Of a DNA stretch of 64,000 nt, positions 1 to 10,897 are shown piece after piece. The stretch comes from Mobula birostris. Its lineage: Eukaryota. The stretch spans positions 174,926,057 to 174,990,056 of the forward strand of contig NC_092374.1 of the NCBI RefSeq assembly GCF_030028105.1. Reading direction: 5' to 3'. The position numbers and the translations under genes were made by a program. The notes under the pieces were generated by a model. That model made no database searches. It was not told where the DNA came from and saw only the letters and a list, made by a program, of their open reading frames with translations. How positions within the stretch are numbered: position 1 is the stretch's first letter; every line of letters begins with the position of its first letter.

Positions 1-1704
1 ATCTGCTGCACACAAGCATCTGGGACTACTTCTTTCTCTTTCCTTCTCAATCGAAAGCAGTTAGCTACTACATGTCCAGGTTTCTTACAATAATTATAAA
101 TAATATCAAAATATCTTTCCTTCACATGTCTCCCTTCATCCTTACTTTTCTCAGTAACTTCAGGTTAAATTTCTGGTTTACCTTGACTCTCTGTGCTATT
201 TTTCCTTTTAAAAGTTCTACCTGGAGAAAATTTATTCTTATGAATTAAAGCATACTCATCAGCTAATTTAGCAGTTTCCTGCAATGTAGCAGTGTCCCTT
301 TCATTTAAGTATGTTCTCTCTTCAACAGGGATGCTCCTTTTAAATTCCTCCTGCAAAATCAACTCTTTTAATTTATTATACTCCCCATTCACATTTTTAG
401 AGGAAGCCCATCTCTCAAAACACACAGATTTCTGATAGGCAAATTCTGCATAAGTTTTTTTCCATAGATTTCTTCAAATCTCTGAATCTTTCTCGATACG
501 CTTCCGGAGCCAACTCATATGCCTTTAATATATGCTGTTTAACAATATCATAATCCAGTGCTTGCTCAGCATTTAAAGCTGTATAAACTTGTTGTGCCTT
601 GCCATTAATTACACTTTGTAACATCACTGACCATTGCTCTTTCGGCCACTTTAAACTCAGAGCAATAGTTTCAAAATGCTGGAAATATTTGTCCACTTCA
701 GCTTCATTAAATGGAGGAGCCAAAATAACCTCACGACTAGCAATAAACTGTTTCTTAGAACCAGAAGACTGATTTCCCATCCTTAATTTCTCCATCTCTA
801 GCTCAAATTTCCCCTGGTTTTCAGCTTCTCTTTCTTTAAATTCCCTTACTTTGCTCTCTATCTTCAAATTCCCTTTTTTATGGGCCTCTCTAGCCTCGAA
901 TTCCTTCTCTTTATTTTCAGCTTCTAACCGACTTCTTTCCAAATCAGCTTCTAATTGCTTTAACTTTATTTGTTCAAGATGTAACTGCATTTCCAGATTA
1001 CTCATTGGAAACCTATCTAACACCTCATCATCAAACGTTTTCAAAGTAATATAATGCTCAGCGATTTTTTTTTTGTATTAAAGCCTTTGTGGTATTCTTC
1101 GCAATTCCTCAGACTTACCACCAAAATCCTGATCAAATAATGCAAGTAAGAAAGTTTCTGATACATCCTCAAAATTCGAATCTTGATTTGAGCAATCATG
1201 GGTAACAACCTCATCCTGTACATCAGTCTTTTTAGCCATAGCTCTTGTTACAACACAGGAAGAATCTGTGTTAGAATCCCACTGTGGTTCCTCAGAATTT
1301 GAATTTATTGTCAAATGCACTTCAGGAAAAACTTGTCCACCTGCTAAGTCATTCCCTAACAAAAGAGAAACATCATTCACAGGTAAATTGGATTGTAGTC
1401 CTACTTTAACAACCCCTGTAACTAATCCTGACCTTAAACTTACTCTATGTAAATGTACTGGCATACGGGCACTCCCAACTCATCTTATATAATTTACCTC
1501 ACCAATGTCAGACTCACCACTAAACTTTAGCACACTGTCTAATATTAGTGATTGAGAAGAGCCAGTATCTCTAAGTATTCTTATTGGTACTGAATTGGAT
1601 CCATCTTTCAAGGATACAAATCCTTCGGTTATAAAAGTTTCATATCCCTTTTTAACTTGGTCAGGCTCTGACACATCTTCATTAGTATTTTCTAAACCCT
1701 GTGG
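1..1704 (-). mobile_element. Gmr1-like Gypsy LTR retrotransposon remnant (SCAN-like gag with CCHC knuckle, plus aspartic protease), frameshifted
   Basis: Minus-strand ORFs: RILRDTGSSQSLIL (retropepsin DTG, 1480-1674); PVHLHRVSL...LLLGNDLAGGQV (1078-1464); gag PPFNEAEVDKYFQHFE...YELAPEAYRERF (415-1044) and LILQEEFK...AKLADEY (165-425); YNYCKKPGHVVANC knuckle near 40-100. Confidence 0.85.
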
Positions 1705-2176
1705 AGGAGCAACACCTCATATACCGTCTGGGTAGTCTCCAGCCCCTTGGTATGAACATAGAATTCTCCAACTTCTGGTAATTCCCTCCCCCTCCCTTCC
1801 CCTATCCCTATGTCACTCTGCCCCCTCCCCCAGCTGCCTATCACCTCGCTCATGGTTCTGCCTCCTTCTACCACCCATTGTGTTTTCCCCTATTCCTTCT
1901 TCACCTTTCCTGCCTATCACCTCCCTGCTTCCCCTCCCCCACCCCTTTATCTTTCTCCTTACTGGTTTTTCACCTGGAACCAACCAGCCTTCTCCTTCCC
2001 ACCCTCCCCCCACCTTCTTTATAGGGCCTCTGCCCCTTCCCCCTACAGTCCTGATGAAGGGTTCTGGCCCGAAACATCGACCGATCTTTTCCACGGATGC
2101 TGCCCGACCTGCTGAGTTCCTCCAGCGTGTTGTGAGTGTTGCTTTGACCCGAACATCTGCAGATTATTTTGTGTTT
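1705..2176 (+). mobile_element. Penelope-like element 3' end / pseudo-LTR
   Basis: Encodes the GIY-YIG terminus EQHLIYRLGSLQPLGMNIEFSNF, then a pyrimidine-rich UTR and a hammerhead-like motif; same layout as the Penelope at 24801-27342. Confidence 0.8.
2046..2083 (+). ncRNA. Minimal hammerhead ribozyme motif (partly degenerate)
   Basis: cagtc-CTGATGA-a-ggg ttctgg ccc-GAAA-catc-gacc. Core and stem II intact; the GAAACGTC palindrome is changed to GAAACATC. Confidence 0.6.
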
Positions 2177-2499
2177 ATTGTATATAAATATACTTTGACT
2201 TTGACCCTGGTGACGGTAGGATATCCATTAGCCTCACAGCCTCAGGGAAGAAGCTGTTACATAGCCTGGCAGTGCCTGTGCCAGTGAAAAGAACATGTGG
2301 GACTGCTGTGTGCTAGGGATCATGACAGAGTATAAACTTTGCTGGTCGATAGGACAGAGGGAGTGTCCTGGTTTTATAGGTTTCAATACGTACATTTAAT
2401 GTCAGAGAAATGTATACAAAATACATCCTTGTTTACCCACGAGATCAAATATGTGCTTGCACCCTGAGAATGTAAGAAACAATATACGTACTAGCAATG

Positions 2500-2880
2500 G
2501 GAACAATTCAGAGGAGATTCACCAGGCTACTGTCTGGGTGGGAGGGTTGTCCAGTCCAGGAGGTTAGATAGTTTGTCTCGGCATTCTCTGGAGTTTATAA
2601 GAATGAGGGGTGATTTATTCAAATATATAAGATTGTCAGTAGGTTTGACAAGGTAAATATTGAAACATTTCCCCCAGTAAGAGACACAAACAAGGGGGCA
2701 TAGTTACAAGATAAAGGGCCGGTCCTTTTAAACTGAGGCACACAGAATATTCCTGTCTCTGAGAGTGGTGAATCTTTGGAAGGTGATGGAGGTTGAATGA
2801 ATTTGGATAAAATAATTGATGGCTTCGTGGCCGGGTTTGCAGACGATACAAAGATAAATGAAGGAGCATATAGTGAAACG
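2500..2880 (+). mobile_element. Degenerate CR1 LINE RT fragments
   Basis: cagaggagattcaccagg...ggggtgatttattcaaat and ttgatggcttcgtggccgggtttgcagacgatacaaag (FADDTK) match the CR1 copies elsewhere in the window. Confidence 0.55.
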
Positions 2881-3249
2881 GAATCAGGGTGTCACAACCA
2901 TGGTCTGCACCACCTTGGGTGGAAGTTAGATTCTCCTGGGAAATATTTTGTGAAATTACATTAAAAAGAGTAAAATAGAGCAAAGAGCTCTGTTTAATTA
3001 TACTGTACTCCTGTAAGCCAGTGGGGGTGAATGTAGTTTGGGGAGTCCAGCCCATGTCACTGTGATTCACTGACAGACACCACTCTGATTGCCCCACTGG
3101 GGCCAGCGTTTGCACTCAGCAGATGTGGAGAAAATAAGCCAGAAAGGTCCAAATTCACCCACATTGAGTTGTAAACTTTGTCCTTCCCCAGTTGTTCCTC
3201 CCATCCCTACCTCGTCCTCTTGCTCTGCACTCCTCTGTTAATTGTAAAT

Positions 3250-3780
3250 CTGTCTATTATTGTCACATTTAGCAAGGTACAGTGAAAACCCTGTCTTATA
3301 AATATTAATTCATTACAACAGTGCACTGAGATAGTAGGAGGTAAAACAACAAGAGTGCAGAATAAAGTGTTACAACAGGGCAGTGAAGACAGACAGCAAG
3401 GTGCAGGGTCATAAGGAGGTAGATTGTGAGGTCGACAGTCCCCCTGTCGTACCAGGGGGACGGTCAATTGTCTAAAACAGTGACACAGTCGCTGTTGTTC
3501 TGCCTGCTGGAAGAGCAGCTTTTCAGGCGTTTATATCTCCTGCCCGATGGGAGGGGGAGAAGAGAGAATGTCCTCGGTGGGTGAGGTCTTTGATTATGCT
3601 GACTGCTTTACCGAGGCAGTGAGAAGTGTAGACTGAGTCCGTAGAGTGGAGAATAGTTTCCCTGATGTGCTGAGCTGTGTCCACAACTGTCTGTAGTTTC
3701 ATGTGGCCATGGGCTGAACAGTAGCCATACCAACCAGTGATAAGATGGCGGGTGCTCGGACACAGCAACTTGTAGGAGGC
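3250..3780 (-). mobile_element. Rex1/Babar-type non-LTR retrotransposon 3' fragment
   Basis: Minus ORF 3523-3786 ITGWYGYCSAHGHMKLQTVVDTAQHI...SVYTSHCLGKAVSIIKDLTHRGHSLFS is the typical Rex1 RT C-terminus. Confidence 0.7.
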
Positions 3781-4539
3781 CAACACACAAAGGTGTTGTT
3801 ATCTTTTTTCAACATATTTTCTACAATCACAAGACCCGTCTGGATATTACAAACTTAGAGTATTGCAGATGTGCCCCATCAGTGAGGTGGTTGTTGGTGG
3901 AGAAACTGGCGGAGTTGGATTTGGTGCAGATTGTGTTGCTGTCTGCATCAGATAGACATCGGAGTGGGTGCACGAAGGATTTGTGTATTCTAACAGCGAG
4001 TGTTCATCTTTGTCATTTTTCCTTGCTTGTGGTCACAATACCCTGTTGGACATTGTTAATGTGCAATGTTGCAAATCCAACTCTCAGCATTTTTTGTCGA
4101 ACAGCAGGGGCGGATGGCAGGGAAGCTGTCCGGCCTCGGTTGTAGTTGGAACTGGGCCTCAAGCCGAGGTGTCAGCTGCTTGCAGCCGCCCAGCAGAGAG
4201 ACATCAGAGTCGGTGCATTCCACCAGAGTGCTGGGGGTGGTATGGTGTGACGAACGGTGTGAAGTTGGTGCTTTCCTCTTGTGTTCGCCTGGCAGAAAGG
4301 GAGCTATATGATGTTCAACTGCAGATTGCTGCAACAGTCATGGACTCAGGGTCTTGGATTATATTTTTTCTCTGTGACTATATTTTACTGCTTTCTTATA
4401 TATATGTGCCCTGTGTGCCTCGTGCTGTGTATGACAGTGGGTACACTGTTTTGCAGCTTGGCCCCAGGGTAACACAGTTTCATTTGGCTGTATTCAGGGG
4501 TGTTCATGTGTGGTTGAATGATGATTAAACCTGAACTTT

Positions 4540-4860
4540 TAGAGTGTTTCTGATGTATCTAGAGAGATTCCTTTCCATGGTGCAGCACTGGAAGTTGGTG
4601 AGGGTCAAAGGGGACCTGCCGAACTTCCTTATCCTTTCGGGGAAGTAGAGGCATTGGTGACTGAAGTGGCCATGACCATGAAAGGCTGTTGGTGATGTTC
4701 AGTTCTAGAAACCTTGTCGATTTCAACCCTCCCAACCTCAGCACCATTGACAGAGACAGGACTATATGCACTGACTTGCTTTCTAACGGCCATGACCAGC
4801 TCCTGCTTTACAGATGAAGCAGCCTGTTTGAAAACAGGGGGTGAGGAAGAAGAGGACATA
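4540..4860 (-). mobile_element. Rex1/Babar-type RT fragment
   Basis: SPVSVNGAEVGRVE / KFLELNITNSLSWS-like motifs in the minus-strand ORFs at 4559-4859. Confidence 0.6.
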
Positions 4861-6442
4861 ATCTTGGATGAGAAATATTCTTCATGAGGGTTTCCAGTAG
4901 GGATGGACCAACCTCCAAGTAGAGTGGTTGAGGAGGTGATGAGGGAGTTGAGGGACCTCCTAACTGGCAGGCAGTGGTGAGTTCCATCTCTCCTGTTTAC
5001 CAGACCATCTCTTCCCCATTATGGTGTTCAGTTGGACAGAGCACAAATCTCTGAGCTTCCTGGTCATTGAAACCAGGTGGAGAGGGGTTGGGATGGAGAG
5101 AGAGGGTGGGTGAAACTGACAGATGGAGTAATACTCTCCTTTAGTCATATTCTTTCCTGTAAAAGTTGGATGTAATTCATGTTTATGATTTTCTTGTGAA
5201 TGTTGCTTACCTGATACTTCGTGTCGGTACAAGTAAGCGTTTTATTTTACCTGTGTTTACACATATTTGTGAACGTGACAATAAACCTGACCTTGACCTT
5301 GTTTTATGGTGTCATAGGTCACAGGTTTGCAGGGTTAAAGTGCAGAGGTATTGGCCTCATAGACTGAGTCTCCTTACCTCAGAAAGGATGTACTGGACAC
5401 AGAAGGAGTTCAGCAGAGTTTCAGGAGGCTGCTCCCAGAGCCAGCGGGTTTGCCGAATGAGGAGAGATCGAGCTGACTTGGGCTGTATTCTCCGGACCAC
5501 GAGCGGAGATCTCAGGAAGAAAGTTCCAGCAGGGTTCGACTGGCTGGATGCAGGGAGGAGATTCCCATGGCTGAGTGGACGAGATCGGGCGGCAATCACA
5601 ATAAGAATTGGGATTGGCTGGGCTGGAGGAGAGAAACTTCCATACTGAGAAAGTGATGGGTGTTTGGAAGTCTCTTCAGCAGAGATCAGCTGAGGCTTTG
5701 TCAGCGAGTTTATCTGAGTGTTTGTGATGTACTTAACTCATCGCCATAGCACCGAGAGGGGCTGGGGATGGAGTGTGGATGTTTAGAGGGAGGTGTCGGG
5801 AAGAGAGTTCGGGCAGTCACGGGGAGAAGAAGGACTGAGAGATGGGCAGAGGGAGGGTGGGGATGGTGACGGGGAAGGGAGGAAGGGATGTTAATGGTGT
5901 GGAAGTGGGGAAGGGTTAGGGACTATAATGCAGGGGAGAGTAGTTAGATGTGGCTCCCTTTCCCTCACTTGTGACCATTGTATAATCCTGCCTCTGTTGT
6001 CACCCACCCCAGCCCCTCCCTGTACCTGTACCCTCTGTACTGGAGCTCCCCACCAACCTGTCAGCCCCTGCTACCCTTCCCCCAGGTAATGATTCTGAGA
6101 CAAGGTTTCAGACATGGCCTCCCCTCACCATGTACACGGCCCAGGCTGGGGACAGGGGCACGGACGGGGTAGTGTGAACCTATTACCATGGAGATGGGAA
6201 CAGCAATAGGCTGCTGAGTGAAGATGGCAGCACTCTGCTGTTAGACTCCCTGGAAATCCCCGGTCACCATCCACAGTCCAACCTCTTCCCAGGAGCTGCT
6301 TCTCCCAAACACATGTGGGTATGGATCTAACCCCGCCTCTGATGGTTCAAAGACCTTCTCCGGAAGCCATTTGTCCTCTCCACCATGCATCTTACATGCT
6401 CAGTCTCAGGCTAAAACCTCACAGCCAAGGTTGAGGGTACCA

Positions 6443-6618
6443 GGGAAGAGTGACTGTCCACAGCTCTGTGTCCCTGGATCTGGAATACAGACCAGGATTG
6501 GATCCAGTGTTAGGGAACAGTGACAGGCCACAGCTCTGTGTCCCTGGATCTGGAGTACAGACCAGGATTGGATCCAGTGTTAGGGAACAGTGACTGTCCA
6601 CAGCTCTGTGTCCTCAGG
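6443..6618. repeat. 70-bp tandem repeat, about 2.4 copies
   Basis: Units start tgactgtccacagctctgtgtccctggatctgga at 6451, tgacaggccacagc at 6521 and tgactgtccacagc at 6591. Confidence 0.95.
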
Positions 6619-7049
6619 TCTGGAATAGATTCTGGCATCAGATCTGGGCTCTGGAAAAGCTGTTCTCCTTCTCTATGCTGGTAAACTCCCTCCAGCTGTA
6701 TTGTGTGAAGGTGCATATGAATTGGGAGCAGGAAAGGCCACTCAGCCCTTCCAGCCTGATCTCCTATTCACCTCTGATTGGTTATACCCTCAGTGCTGCA
6801 TTATCCACAACTCCAATAACCTTTCACCTCCTGATAATCGGGTATAACCAATCTCTGCCTTTAATATAAGCCAAGGTTCTGCTTGAGCAGGACTTTCACC
6901 TTATCTTTGTGTTCAATGGGTGACCTATTGTTTGTTAATAACAAACCTTTGTTCTAGATTCTCCCACAAGAGGAAACACCCTCTCCATACCTATCCTGTC
7001 TAGACCTCGCAGGGCCATTTGTGTTTTGTCCGTTGTCTAGCAAGAGGTC

Positions 7050-7575
7050 AAAACCAACATAAAACACAAACAGAGGGTAAATAATAGAGCTACAGTTAGT
7101 GGGAAGTCAGAGGATTGGGAAGATGTTGAAAACCACAGAAGGCAGCTGAAAAGGTCATTAAGAAGGTAAAGATGGAATACAAATGTAAGCTAACCAATAA
7201 TATTGAAAAGGAAACAAAAGTTTCTTCAGATACATAAAGTGTAAAAGAGAGCCGGGAGTGGATATTGGACCACTGGAAAACAATGCTAGAGAGGTAGTAA
7301 CAAGGGACAACAAAATGCCATACGAACTGAATAAGTATTTTGCTTCAGTCTTCACAGTGGATGACACTAGCAATATTGTGGAAGCTCCAGGTGTCAGGGG
7401 TCATGAAGTGTGTGAAGTTACCACAACACGAGAGAAGATTCCTAGGAAATTGAGAGGTCTGAAGGTAGATAAGTCACCTGAACCAGATGATATACACCCC
7501 GAATTCTGAAAGAAGTGGCTGAAGAGATCATGGAGGCATTAATCAATGGGCCAAATGACCTAATTCTGCTCCTGT
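7050..7575 (+). mobile_element. Internally deleted CR1 LINE fragment
   Basis: DIGPLEN...LNKYFASVFTVDD...LKVDKSPEPD, joined directly to the CR1 3' terminus gggccaaatgacctaattctgctcctgtatcttatgg. Confidence 0.8.
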
Positions 7576-9639
7576 ATCTTATGGTCTTAACTCATCTAAA
7601 CTGGTGGACAGGTCCAGCCTGTCCATCACGTGACAACAATTCATCTCCCTCCCCCCACCAACCCACCAATAATTCCAGTCCAATAAACTGAACTGGTTCC
7701 AATGCATTAAAACCTCCCTTACGGACCCCAAATCTGGAGCAATGTAGGAACATTGACAGTAATCTTTCAAGATGTTAGACACAGGAATACTGTAGTGAAA
7801 AGTTTCATAAAATGATAAAGCGCAGAAGGACAAGAAGTGGAAGTAATTACATTAGGCTGGACTGAGGCAAACTCCAGGGAGATCGAGGTAGATTTACAAA
7901 GGAAAAAGCCAAAGTAAATTTCTTATCCAAATATGTATCTCACCATATTCTACCCTGAGATTCACTTTCTTCCAGAATGTCACAATGGAACAAAGAAATA
8001 CAATGAAAATCTCTCCAGAAACACAGACTGACAAAGAACTGATGTGGAAATGAAGACAGACAGTGCAAATACAAAATAACAACAAAATATAAATAAACAA
8101 ACACAGAGAGCGTGAGTTGCAAAGTCCTTGAAAGTGAGTCCATCGGCTGTGGAATCGGTTGATTTGAGGTAACTCATGCTGGTTTAGGAGCCTGATGGTT
8201 GAAGGATAGGGTAATAACTATCCCTAAACCTGGTGTTGGGGGATCTCAGGCTCCTGTCCCTCCTTTCTGATGGCAGCAGTGAGAAGAGAGCATGGACCAG
8301 ATGATGGGGGTCCAGAATGATAGAAGCTTCTTTCCTGTGGTAGCACACCTTTCAGATGTGAGCTCAGTGGTAGGGAGAACTTTGCCTGTGATGCTCTGGG
8401 CTGTATCCACCACATTTTGTAGGCTTACCTACAATGCAAGATAGGTGTAAAGTGAGATGCTGAGAAAGGAGGAAAGGGTGGGAATGGGATTGAAGTATTC
8501 TGAGACACAGTTTGTTTAGGGAAGACAGATGAGAGGAAAGTATTGAGAGTAGAGAAAATGTCCTGGGACTATCAAGGACATAATGTATCTGTTTAGATTT
8601 TGGAAACAGATGGGGTGAGATTTCAGTATTGGGATCTCCTGGAGATTGAAAATGGTGGGGTGTGAGGAGGATGTTGAAAGGCAAATTACTCAAGAAATTG
8701 CAGAGACATGAAAGAGCTTCAGTCTACAGGTAATTGGTATGCTCGTTGTCTGGAACATGCCCTCTTCTTGTTACTAACGTCAGAATGAAACACAAAAGCC
8801 TGAAGACCCACACTCATTGATTCAGGGGCAGCTCCTTCCACTCTGCCAACAGATTTCTGAAAGCTCAATGAACACAATCTCATTATTCCTTTCCTTCCCA
8901 GAGTTTATTTGTTTTTGTAAATTACAATAATTTCGCCCTTTTTTAACTGTACTGCTGCCACAAAGTAACAAGTTTCACATCATTTAAGTTAGTGATAATA
9001 AACCTGATTCTGAATCTGAACTCTGGAATGTTTCTGGCCCAGTGAGGAAGTCTCTTTGCAGGATTTTATTCTGGTAAACAGTTAGACCGAGTTATGCATC
9101 TATCTGTGGGGAACATCCAGTAACTAGTGATCATAATATCATAAAGGGTTTGAATAGCAATGAAAAGGGTCAAGAGGCCACTCCGGAATTCAAATAGTCA
9201 ATTGAATTAAGAAAGATCCAGCCCAGGTAAACTAGAAAGGAAGCTGAGCTAAGGAACTTGCGTGTGCATAATGAGAGGCTTTGCAGTGGAGATGTTTCAC
9301 CTACAGTCTGGGTACATTCCTGTAGAGGGAAGGGAAACTAATGCCAAAGGAGAAAGTCCATGCACCCCAGATCCCTCCATTCATTCACTATGTCCCTCCA
9401 AGCTCGTGTCATACCTTTTGAAATGTAACATGACTCTTTTCCCAGGAATAAATTTCATCCACATCCTCTCCATCCATTCCACCGTCCTCTTATCAACTTC
9501 TTCACAAAATTCACCCCCCAGTTCTGTACAGACTGCAGATTGGACCCCTGTGACTGTGGACCACCAGCTATAGGGAGTGAGGCAGCAGTCAGGAAGAGAG
9601 GATGGTGAGTGAAGATCGGAGAAGGGCAGTGGGGATAAT

Positions 9640-10342
9640 GACTACTAGGTGTGACCTACCCCCTCATACTTCATTTTTGGCTTCCTGCAAGGATCACTCT
9701 CTCCGTGACTCCCTGTTCATGAAGAGAATGGTCCTGCATACCTCTCCACGCTCCCTCCCACACAGCCCGTTGGTCTGTACAGTGAGCTTTCACATTTCAG
9801 GTAATCGGTACCCTCTGTGTTCCCGTCCCATTTTTTTTTTGCATTCTCTCTCCCTTTGTTCACCCCTTCAGCCCCTTTATCCAATTTGCCTCCCTCCTCC
9901 AGCCCGCTCTGACCACACCTGCCCATTGTTTGTGCGTAATAGATAATAACTGGGGGTAAATACATCTATTTACCTGGGGTTCTCCTGCTTTGGCCAACTC
10001 CCCCCCCCCCCACTACTTCTGCCATCTCGTTCCATCTGCCCATCACCCCACCCTCCTATGGTTCTACCTCTCATTTGTCCCTGAACTCCATCGGGCCATT
10101 TCCTCTCCCTTCACCTGGTTCAGCCCGACACGACCAGCCCCTGCCTCACCCTTCGCTCTCGCCTCTCTGAACTGGCTCTGCCCCCTCAGCCCTCTCAATC
10201 TCAGGATACTGACGATCCCTGTCCTTCCACAGAAGCTCACGTACACGAGATGAAGGGTCTCGGCACGAAACCTCGACTGTTCACACTTTTCCACCGATGC
10301 TGCCTGGTCTGCTGACTTCCAGCATTTTGTGTGTGTTGCTTC
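9640..10342 (+). mobile_element. Degenerate Penelope remnant ending about 200 bp upstream of the MHC promoter
   Basis: ggatcactctctccgtgactccctg (DxSLRDSL motif); pLTR-like tail with mutated hammerhead gagatgaagggtctcggcacgaaacctcgactgt (10247-10280) and ...gctgacttccagcattttgtgtgtgttgct. Confidence 0.65.
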
Positions 10343-10515
10343 CACAGAAGCTGCTCGCCCTGCTGATTTGTTTTAATTGGGTTAATTTTCTCCTCCAGCG
10401 TCGTCCTCCCCAGTATGTGTGTCCCAGGATCTCAGTGCCTGTGTCCCCAGGGTCTGGCCCCGGGTCTGTGAAGCGGGACTCCGCCTCTCCCTTGCGTTCC
10501 CACGCTTGTCATGTT

Positions 10516-10587
10516 TGTCCCAGACTCCGCTCACGCCACCCTTCCTGGCAACAGATGACTCCTGCATACGGCTCTTTTTCTGATTGG
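10516..10587 (+). promoter_or_regulatory. MHC S-X-Y promoter module
   Basis: S-like tgtcccagactc 10516-10527; X1 CCTGGCAACAGATG 10544-10557; X2-like TGACTCC 10556-10562; Y box CTGATTGG 10580-10587; TATA-like TTTAAATA 10659-10666; the region is CpG-rich and lies about 260 bp before the leader exon. Confidence 0.8.
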
Positions 10588-10845
10588 ACAGACGCAGACA
10601 CTTGCAATTTAATTTCCAACTGATGAGTTGCGGTCACTCCTGCCCAGAGGCTAATGACTTTAAATAGAGGCAGATTATGTTTAGTCTGGGGGTATCTCGC
10701 GGACTAATCAGCATACAATTCGGGGATGAACTTGACGGGCGTCGCGGAGAGCCCGTGGATCGTTCGGGATCGGTGAGCCGAAGGGTAATGGGATCGTGCT
10801 GTGCAAAGGCGGAGGAGTTGGACCCGCGCTGACCGGGAGGAAATA

Positions 10846-10897
10846 ATGATGCTACGTCTACTACTGCTGGCCCTCCTATGTGGAGGGGTCTCCGGAG
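10846..10897 (+). CDS. MHC class I exon 1 (signal peptide [17 protein letters not shown])
   Basis: Hydrophobic leader with small residues at -3/-1; phase-1 donor g|gtgagt at 10897/10898 fits the exon 2 phase; lies just downstream of the S-X-Y module. Confidence 0.82.

Noticed and set aside
5004-5076. Exon-like segment ttaccag|...|gtggag (HLFPIMVFSWTEHKSLSFLVIET)
   Set aside because: 73 nt, weak donor, no recognisable homology and no partner exons
6443-6618. CRISPR-like appearance of the 70-bp and 68-bp direct repeats
   Set aside because: Units are contiguous with no unique spacers; vertebrate DNA with no cas genes
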